IMG/VR virus record: IMGVR_UViG_3300012157_000004
Location: 1 to 40,650 of that record
From: a virus
Lineage: Duplodnaviria > Caudoviricetes
Strand: one strand, 5' to 3'
DNA: 40,650 nt
Shown here: positions 34,430 through 40,650 of the stretch, piece after piece
How the letters are laid out: the number at the start of each line of letters is the position of its first letter
Position numbering within the stretch: the stretch's first letter is position 1
Program-made: the position numbers and the translations under genes
The notes under the pieces: model-generated
Database searches by the model: none
The model's input: the letters and a program-made list of their open reading frames with translations, nothing else
Told to the model about the DNA's origin: nothing

Positions 34430-34803
34430 TGGCTGGTTACGCTGTTAACCTGAGGGCGGCCCGAAACGACACGATAACGTCGTTCGCGGGTAACGCCGCC
34501 CTTCTACGGGCGTATGATGGCGTCCAACCTGCGACAGGAGGGGCGGCCACTAACCTCCTCGCAGAATGGGCGATGGGGACTCCCTTCGCCCCTGGGGCGG
34601 GTGTTACCCTCCTCCCCACCCTTCCCGCCGATACTGTGGGGGTAGCCAACGGCCAAGTTACTTGGTTCCGTCTAGTAAAGGCGGATGGGGTGACCTTTAT
34701 TATGGACATCCCCATTTCCCAAGTCACCCTCAGCACGAACCAAATCAGTATTGGCCTTCCTTGCAAGGTGCTGAGCTTTGTGATAACCGCAGGTAACGCA
34801 TAA
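34429..34803 (+). CDS. Putative small virion structural protein
   Basis: 124 aa; RNDTIT...LLRAYDG.QPATGG...GQVTWFRL pattern common in phage structural modules. Confidence 0.55.
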   Translation: MAGYAVNLRAARNDTITSFAGNAALLRAYDGVQPATGGAATNLLAEWAMGTPFAPGAGVTLLPTLPADTVGVANGQVTWFRLVKADGVTFIMDIPISQVTLSTNQISIGLPCKVLSFVITAGNA

Positions 34804-37235
34804 TGGCCGTTTCCCATATCTTTTCTAGCCCCGTAGCGGATTTCACAGGGACGGTGACTGTCTTCAACTCCGCCGGGTTGACGGAGACAAGAAACGCGAC
34901 GGAGATCGTTCGGCCGAGTAACTGGAACTCGGTCCATAACCAGTTTATGACCCTGGGCGGGAATACGGCTGGGGCCTCGACTCTCTCTGGAACCAATATT
35001 CCCCTGCATGGGGGGAATAACATCACCCTTTCCGCCGATGGGGCGTCGTTAATCTTCCACGCACAGAGCCAGTCGGTTCAGACCCAAAACCTAGTCTCCG
35101 TCCAAGGCTCTACTGGCGCCATTGTCTTTTCAAATTCCAACGGAATCTCTTTCGGGGGGAACGCCTCCACAATCACCGCCAGTCATAACGGACTTACCAG
35201 CCAAAGCAACCAAGCCTTTTCAGCGGAGGGAGGTAGCTCGGTCTTTCAAACCCTGGTTTTTGCTAATTCCCAAGGGGTTAGCTTCTCCAACTCCAACGGG
35301 TCGGTGGTAGGGAGTGTTAAGACTGACTATGCCCTGAGCAACCATTCTCACGGCAATCCGACCCTGGCCCTAACCAACTTGACGGGGACAACGGATAGTA
35401 ATAGTGCGGGGCTGACAATTTCCCTATCGGCGGCCAATCCTGGTGGCGGGGCCGCCTTTACCGCAGGTATAAGTGGGGGGAATACCTCCGGTGATACTGG
35501 GACAGTCTCAAACCGAATTGTCTTCGCCGGGGGGAATAATGTCACTGTCTCCGGCTCCACCGATGCGGGGGGAATGTCGGTAACTATCTCCGGCGCCAAT
35601 GTCGGCGGGGCGCAGACTGGTATTTCAGGGATTCAAGTCTCGAACACTACCTACACCTCCGGGACAGTAACTTTTCAGAACGCTAACGGCATTTCCTTCG
35701 GCGCCTCGGGGGCTAATGGCGTCTCCGCAAGTTATACCGTCCCGACAGTAACCAACTCAAGTTGGACCGTTTCGGATGCGGGCACTTCCGGCACGGTGGG
35801 AAGGCTGGCCTTTACTAACCTGAACGGCGTTACCCTCTCCCTCTCCACCGGGGCTGGTGGAAGCCATACTATCGTCGGAAGCCATAACGCTCTGACCACT
35901 GCCCGAGCCAGCAATGATGCTATCGGGTTGAATACCGCCCAGACTAATGTTACCTGGACGGTGAATAGTTCTGGCTTGTCCTTCAACGCAGGGGGTTATG
36001 CCGGCACTACTACCGGCTTTGCGGGGGCCAATATCTCGGGGTCCATGACCCATAATACAGCGGGGTTGAATCTTTCCTTGTCCGTCGCAGCCCCGGGCGG
36101 TGGCGCCGCCTTTACCGGGGGCATGTCGAATATTGGCAATACGGCCGGCACTTCCGGCACGGTTCAGAGTCAGATGTTGGTTGTCGGCGGGCCGAATATC
36201 ACTGTCAGCCAGTCAATCAATGGGAATTCGGCGACCCTCTCTATCTCCGGTAACGCCCCCGGAGCGGCGGCGGAGAATAACTGGGTCCACCTTCTCGGCG
36301 CGAATACTGCTGGTAATACCACCGCCAGCGGGTCTACGGTAGGCTTTTCCGGCCTTAACATGACCCTCTCTGGGACAAATAACTCCCAGATCGTTATGAG
36401 TGTTCCGGCCACCTCCTCCCTCGCTGGGACGGGCGCAATATCCATCTCAACCAACGGCTCTACGATTAGCATTGGCGTTGGCACCGTTACAGCCTCGGCG
36501 ACTAGCAACACAACGCAAGGTAGCTCGGGGACCATTAACCTTGCCGGCTTAGTCTTCGCGGGAGCAGGAGGCGCCTCCGTAGGGGTTAGTAATGGGAGTA
36601 TTGTTATCTCCGGGGCTTCTCCTGGAGATGGTGCTACCCGAAGTGGCTTCAACCCCTACCCCGACATTGAGAAGATCGGCGGGCAGATTGGCCAAGGTAC
36701 GCTACAATTCGACCCGCAGTTTTTCCCCGCTGTCCAATTCGATAGGTTGGTGCTCCCCCTCATCAACACCAATTCCAGTAATAGCAGCGGCTCCCACACA
36801 CTGTCGTTTTGGGTTGGTATCTATAGCCGGAATGCCTCTACACTTTCCCTTCTTCTCAGCACCTCTAGCTCTACCGCCCTAACACACTCCGGGACGGCGG
36901 GGAGTTATTCCCTCTACTCCGGGAACCGTATCTTTACGATTCCCATGACAAACACCATAACCCAAGGGGATTATTGGATTGGAATGCTTTCCCGCACAAC
37001 CTCCGGCGGCGCGAACGGCTCCTACTCCCAACTTGTCGTCACCAACCTTGCGAGCAACTTCCTCGGATTCTTTGGTTCTTCACATAACACAACCTATCAA
37101 CAAACTCTAGGGCAGGGCGTTTACACCGCCACCACCAATGCAATTCCGGGGAGTGTGGCATTCACACAAATTAGGGGCAGCGACTCTATGGCGCGTAGGG
37201 CGCCGTGGATTATGTTCGCCTCCAGTACGATCTAA
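34803..37235 (+). CDS. Gly/Ser/Thr/Asn-rich repetitive fibre protein
   Basis: 810 aa, very few charged residues; repeats FSNSNGISFG / FANSQGVSFS / FQNANGISFG / FTNLNGVTLS, GGNNITLS / GGNNVTVS / GGPNITVS, and PGGGAAFT twice. Confidence 0.65.
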   Translation: MAVSHIFSSPVADFTGTVTVFNSAGLTETRNATEIVRPSNWNSVHNQFMTLGGNTAGASTLSGTNIPLHGGNNITLSADGASLIFHAQSQSVQTQNLVSVQGSTGAIVFSNSNGISFGGNASTITASHNGLTSQSNQAFSAEGGSSVFQTLVFANSQGVSFSNSNGSVVGSVKTDYALSNHSHGNPTLALTNLTGTTDSNSAGLTISLSAANPGGGAAFTAGISGGNTSGDTGTVSNRIVFAGGNNVTVSGSTDAGGMSVTISGANVGGAQTGISGIQVSNTTYTSGTVTFQNANGISFGASGANGVSASYTVPTVTNSSWTVSDAGTSGTVGRLAFTNLNGVTLSLSTGAGGSHTIVGSHNALTTARASNDAIGLNTAQTNVTWTVNSSGLSFNAGGYAGTTTGFAGANISGSMTHNTAGLNLSLSVAAPGGGAAFTGGMSNIGNTAGTSGTVQSQMLVVGGPNITVSQSINGNSATLSISGNAPGAAAENNWVHLLGANTAGNTTASGSTVGFSGLNMTLSGTNNSQIVMSVPATSSLAGTGAISISTNGSTISIGVGTVTASATSNTTQGSSGTINLAGLVFAGAGGASVGVSNGSIVISGASPGDGATRSGFNPYPDIEKIGGQIGQGTLQFDPQFFPAVQFDRLVLPLINTNSSNSSGSHTLSFWVGIYSRNASTLSLLLSTSSSTALTHSGTAGSYSLYSGNRIFTIPMTNTITQGDYWIGMLSRTTSGGANGSYSQLVVTNLASNFLGFFGSSHNTTYQQTLGQGVYTATTNAIPGSVAFTQIRGSDSMARRAPWIMFASSTI

Positions 37236-37244
37236 GGGCGTAAA

Positions 37245-37736
37245 ATGGCATCTCGCTTTCTCTTCCTACCGGAGGCAGCAAACCTGCCCGCTACAAACGC
37301 CCCGGCGCCTGGGGTCGATGCGCAGATTCGCCCATACCTCGCGTACAGCGATACAACTGATGAGGCGTGCGACTGGACCTTTGTTGCTCCGCAGGGTTTA
37401 ACGGGCGCACTAACTGCCGTTATCTCGTACTATATGGCGAGCGCAACGAGCGGGGCGGTGCGGATGCAGGCCGCGATAGAGGCGATCACCGATGGCGATG
37501 CTATCGACATGGATGGAACGTCGAGCTTCGATACAGCGAATAGTAACGGGGAAACGGTCCCGGGTACGGGGCAGTATCCGAGCCAGCTTTCCATCACGAT
37601 GACGAACGCTGATAGTATCGCTGCTGGGGATTTGTGCCGCCTGCGCTTCAATCGTGATGCCGATGGGACAAGCGGGACTGATGACGCCGCCGGGGATCTG
37701 CACGTCCTTGCCATCGAGTTGCGCGACGCTGCATAA
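37245..37736 (+). CDS. Putative virion structural protein (acidic beta-sandwich)
   Basis: 163 aa; AAGDLCRLRFNRDA...DDAAGD motif; within the fibre block. Confidence 0.55.
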   Translation: MASRFLFLPEAANLPATNAPAPGVDAQIRPYLAYSDTTDEACDWTFVAPQGLTGALTAVISYYMASATSGAVRMQAAIEAITDGDAIDMDGTSSFDTANSNGETVPGTGQYPSQLSITMTNADSIAAGDLCRLRFNRDADGTSGTDDAAGDLHVLAIELRDAA

Positions 37737-37750
37737 GGGGGCGCCGATCC

Positions 37751-38467
37751 GTGTCAGTCCGCTTCGATACCACAGCCCATATCTGGCGCACTGCGAACCT
37801 GCCAACCAGCACGATGACGATCTGCGGCTGGTACAACCGCACGGCGCAGAACACCATGTACGACACTATCTTTGCGATAGGGTCAGACGAAGCCACCCTC
37901 AACAACAATATCTACCTCGGATGCTGGAGCTCCGTATCGTTAGTCAACTTCACAGCGAACGGGACAAGCACTTCTCTAGGCTTCGACTTGACGAACGGCC
38001 AGTCTGTCTTTATGGCCTTCACGCTGAACGGTACCGGGGCCGGGAACGGCAACGCCTATCTACGCACTGCGGCACAGAACACGCTCGTCTATTCCGCCAA
38101 TGGCTATGGAATGCCCAGTGGGACGCAGGCCAAGCTGAACATCGGAGTCTCGAACTACGACGGCACCGACTTTGTGAACGGGCGCATCTGGAATGTGAAG
38201 TGCTGGAACAGGGTACTAACGACGGCGGAACTGCTGATCGAGTCGTTCTACGAACGCGTGATGTTCCCGGCGTCGATCAACTTCTGGTATCCGCTTCGCT
38301 CTTCTTCAGACCTCAACGACTACAGCGGGAACAACAACCACCCAAGTTCGGCCGGGGCGCTTTCGACAGAACATACCCCCTGGGCGGCATGGAAGCCGGG
38401 GGCACGCATCGTTCACTACATCCCCCCAACCGGACCTCAAAACGCCTTAGCTTGGATACGCGCATGA
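37751..38467 (+). CDS. Concanavalin A-like lectin / LamG domain protein
   Basis: MTICGW, FMAFT, LNIG...FVNGRIWNVKCWNRVLTTAE, DYSGNNNH are LamG-like signatures; GTG start. Confidence 0.75.
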   Translation: MSVRFDTTAHIWRTANLPTSTMTICGWYNRTAQNTMYDTIFAIGSDEATLNNNIYLGCWSSVSLVNFTANGTSTSLGFDLTNGQSVFMAFTLNGTGAGNGNAYLRTAAQNTLVYSANGYGMPSGTQAKLNIGVSNYDGTDFVNGRIWNVKCWNRVLTTAELLIESFYERVMFPASINFWYPLRSSSDLNDYSGNNNHPSSAGALSTEHTPWAAWKPGARIVHYIPPTGPQNALAWIRA

Positions 38468-39189
38468 AACCACAAATTATCGCGCCGGATTACGGTAAGC
38501 ATAACGCCAACCTCGAAGCCACCATCGCCCGGTTAGAAGGGGATGCGAGTTGGAAGAAGCTCGATACTATCATCCTAATCCCCGCCGGCGGGACGGTGCC
38601 GACCAAGGTGGTTGCTAGTTGGTGGAATCTCTACTTCCCCCCTAACAACCAAATCTTCCGCATGTTCGCGGTGGGGATGGAGGTTGGAGAGGCGTATTCC
38701 CAGGCTATAACCAATATCCTCTCCCACCCAGATTTGAGTAAGTTCAAATATCTGTGCACGATTGAGCACGATAACATTCCCCAACCTGACGGCCTAATCA
38801 AGCTCCTAAAGAAAATGGAGGCCCACCCAGAGTATGATTGTATTGGGGGGCTGTATTTTACTAAAGGGGAGGGCGGAGTGGCGCAGATTTGGGGGAACCC
38901 GAAGGATGTGGTTAGCAACTTCCGCCCCCAACTCCCGAGAGCAGGGGAGTTAGTCGAATGCTGCGGGACTGGGATGGGCTTCAATGTTTGGCGCCTGGAT
39001 ATGTTCAAAGACGCCGATTTGAGAAGGCCGTGGTTCAAGACTCAGACAGAGGGGGGTGTTGCTACCCAAGACCTCTACTTCTGGAGCGATGCTAGAAAGC
39101 ACGGGTATCGCTGCGCCGTGGATTGCAGCGTCGAAGTCGGCCACTACGACTTAGAAGGTAAGTTCGGACAACCGGATATGGTTTGGTAA
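38464..39189 (+). CDS. GT-A fold (GT2-like) glycosyltransferase
   Basis: IILIP, YLCTIEHD (DxD position), IGGLYF, GTGMGF, PWF, QDLYF...G.R..VD.SVEVGH; ATG 38464 overlaps the upstream stop (ATGA). Confidence 0.75.
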   Translation: MKPQIIAPDYGKHNANLEATIARLEGDASWKKLDTIILIPAGGTVPTKVVASWWNLYFPPNNQIFRMFAVGMEVGEAYSQAITNILSHPDLSKFKYLCTIEHDNIPQPDGLIKLLKKMEAHPEYDCIGGLYFTKGEGGVAQIWGNPKDVVSNFRPQLPRAGELVECCGTGMGFNVWRLDMFKDADLRRPWFKTQTEGGVATQDLYFWSDARKHGYRCAVDCSVEVGHYDLEGKFGQPDMVW

Positions 39190-39199
39190 GGAGACCAGA

Positions 39200-39769
39200 A
39201 TGGCGAAGGGTAATGTAGTACGGACTGTGGATTTCTCGGAAGAAAGGAGCCCGGCTCCGGTAGAGAAGGTTAGACTGGATATTGGGTGCGGGAAAACCAC
39301 CCCCGAAGGTTGGTTGGGGCTCGACCAAATCGACTTTGGGCAGAAGTATGTCCATGATATTAGGAAAGGGATTCCCTTCCCTGATGATTCCGTCGATGAG
39401 GTGAGGAGTAGCCACTTCGTCGAACACCTGACAGGGGAGGAGAGAATAATCTTCTTCAACGAATTGTGGAGAGTTCTCAAGAAGGGGGCGACAGCGCAGA
39501 TAGTAACCCCCAACTGGTCCCATTCCTGTGCCTACGGAGACCCCACCCACCAATGGCCGCCGATGAGTCAGTGGTATCCCCTCTATCTCCATAAAGACTG
39601 GCGGAGTGTTAACGCCCCCCATGTTAGTTTTTCCTGCGACTTCGACCATGTTATTGCCGGGAGTTGGGACCAATCTATTGAGGGGAGAAACCCCGAGACA
39701 AAAAGTTTCATGATGGATAAATACACAAACTCCTGGCGCGATTTGATTGTCACCCTAACCAAGAAGTAA
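39200..39769 (+). CDS. Class I SAM-dependent methyltransferase (Methyltransf_11-like)
   Basis: RLDIGCG, PFPDDSVDEV, SHFVEHL, ELWRVLKKG, DPTH; RBS AAGGAG. Confidence 0.88.
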   Translation: MAKGNVVRTVDFSEERSPAPVEKVRLDIGCGKTTPEGWLGLDQIDFGQKYVHDIRKGIPFPDDSVDEVRSSHFVEHLTGEERIIFFNELWRVLKKGATAQIVTPNWSHSCAYGDPTHQWPPMSQWYPLYLHKDWRSVNAPHVSFSCDFDHVIAGSWDQSIEGRNPETKSFMMDKYTNSWRDLIVTLTKK

Positions 39770-40192
39770 ATGGCTGATACCGCCTTCCAAAGTAATGCGT
39801 TCCAGTCGGACGCATTCCAGGAATATGCCGGCGTCACAGCGGTAAGTTGTGATGTCGATATTTCTATTTTGGAGGATGATGATAGCCTAGAGCTAACTTG
39901 TGAGCTTGGTTATCCCCGGGTTGAAGTCGATGGTGGGCTGCCGGATGGAAAGAAGAAGAAACACCCCAGAAAGCTCATTGAGGAGCTTGTTGATGAGGTT
40001 ATCAGAAATCGGGAAGCCCCTCCCCCGAAGCCTAGGGAAGAGATAAAGGCGTTCAAGGAGAATGCTAAGTATCAGGTTATCCCGATTTATAAACCCAGTC
40101 TAACCGCCATCCCGTTGGTGGTTCCCCCCGACAACAGTGAGGCAGAGGAGTTAGAAGAACTTAGCGCCCTTGTCAGCCTGGGCATGCTCTAA
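39770..40192 (+). CDS. Hypothetical protein with N-terminal AFQ repeats
   Basis: MADTAFQSNAFQSDAFQ; acidic; C-terminal EELEELSALVSL. Confidence 0.6.
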   Translation: MADTAFQSNAFQSDAFQEYAGVTAVSCDVDISILEDDDSLELTCELGYPRVEVDGGLPDGKKKKHPRKLIEELVDEVIRNREAPPPKPREEIKAFKENAKYQVIPIYKPSLTAIPLVVPPDNSEAEELEELSALVSLGML

Positions 40193-40207
40193 CCTCTTTC
40201 CCTCCCT

Positions 40208-40236
40208 TTGACGCTATATAGGCGCTAAACTAAACT
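40208..40236 (+). promoter_or_regulatory. Sigma70-type promoter for the head genes
   Basis: TTGACG - 17 nt - TAAACT, ending 10 nt before ATG 40247; no Shine-Dalgarno. Confidence 0.6.
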
Positions 40237-40246
40237 ATCCCCTCAA

Positions 40247-40624
40247 ATGCCGATCTACTCTCTCCTCTGCCCCCAATGCGGGGACAAAAATATCATGCAT
40301 CGCAAGGTGTATGAGAGAGATTTTACCCCTCTCTGCAAATGCGGGGAGAGGTATGATCGCATCATCGACCTTCCCATGATCGCGCCGGAAATTCCGAGCT
40401 ACGTTAGTCCGGCGTCGGGGAAACTCATCTCTTCTCGGGTGCAGAGAACGGAGGATCTAAAAGAATCCCGTTGCTATGCCTGGGAGCCGGGGATGGAGAG
40501 GGATGTTGCTCGGAATCGAGTCTATGAGCAGGAGAAGGCTTTTCGGCCTATCTCCGACGCCGTGGATAGGATAGTCACCGAAATGAACGTCGCAGGTAAA
40601 TTGGAGACCAACGATTATGTCTGA
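40247..40624 (+). CDS. FmdB-like zinc-ribbon protein
   Basis: MPIYSLLCPQCG...PLCKCG, followed by SPASGKLISSR; typical position upstream of scaffold genes. Confidence 0.75.
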   Translation: MPIYSLLCPQCGDKNIMHRKVYERDFTPLCKCGERYDRIIDLPMIAPEIPSYVSPASGKLISSRVQRTEDLKESRCYAWEPGMERDVARNRVYEQEKAFRPISDAVDRIVTEMNVAGKLETNDYV

Positions 40625-40650
40625 AAACCAAAACCAAAACCAAAACCAAA
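40617..40650 (+). CDS. 3'-truncated ORF (MSENQNQNQNQ), probable scaffold protein start
   Basis: GGAG upstream; runs off the window end within an (AAAACC)n repeat. The function is inferred from position only. Confidence 0.4.
   Translation, partial: MSENQNQNQNQ
40624..40650 (+). repeat. (AAAACC)4.5 hexamer tandem repeat at the window end
   Basis: Read directly from the sequence. Confidence 0.85.

Noticed and set aside
37654-38463. 511-aa ORF suggesting a long N-terminal fusion to the glycosyltransferase
   Set aside because: The first 270 codons are an alternative frame of the LamG gene; ATG 38464 overlaps the LamG stop, the usual coupling pattern.
39200-39769. DNA methyltransferase
   Set aside because: No DPPY/NPPY or PC catalytic motif; the pattern is that of small-molecule or glycan methyltransferases.
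1-40650. Prophage or temperate lifestyle; diversity-generating retroelement
   Set aside because: No integrase, repressor, partition genes or host flanks; no reverse transcriptase or template/variable repeat pair seen. The missing segment cannot be assessed.

Overview
The window is a near-complete, circularly permuted genome of a tailed dsDNA bacteriophage with podovirus-type gene content; its promoter types point to a Gram-negative, probably proteobacterial host. It breaks inside the head module: the window ends at the start of a probable scaffold gene and begins inside a probable capsid decoration gene, so the major capsid gene is not present. Two arms diverge from a non-coding control region at about 24.42-25.11 kb. 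The leftward arm (24415 to 9078) holds a MoxR AAA+ ATPase and partner, many small early ORFs, a Cas4-like nuclease, a Sak4-like ATPase, a probable SSB, a uracil-DNA-glycosylase/PolA fusion with atypical active-site residues and an AAA+ helicase-like protein. The rightward arm (25116 to the end, continuing 1 to 9076) holds a probable small terminase, lysis cassette, large terminase, portal, a fibre/lectin/glycosyltransferase/methyltransferase block, tail adaptor and nozzle, a GNAT protein, three ejection proteins and a short tail fibre. I saw no integrase, repressor, RNA polymerase, primase, reverse transcriptase, tRNA or CRISPR array. The best leads are a complete sigma54 + IHF + triple-enhancer promoter driving the first early genes, a candidate virion-fibre glycosylation locus, the variant UDG-PolA, a 130-nt multibranch intergenic RNA and an attenuator-like four-arm element. 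All protein calls come from motif recognition by eye, without database searches.
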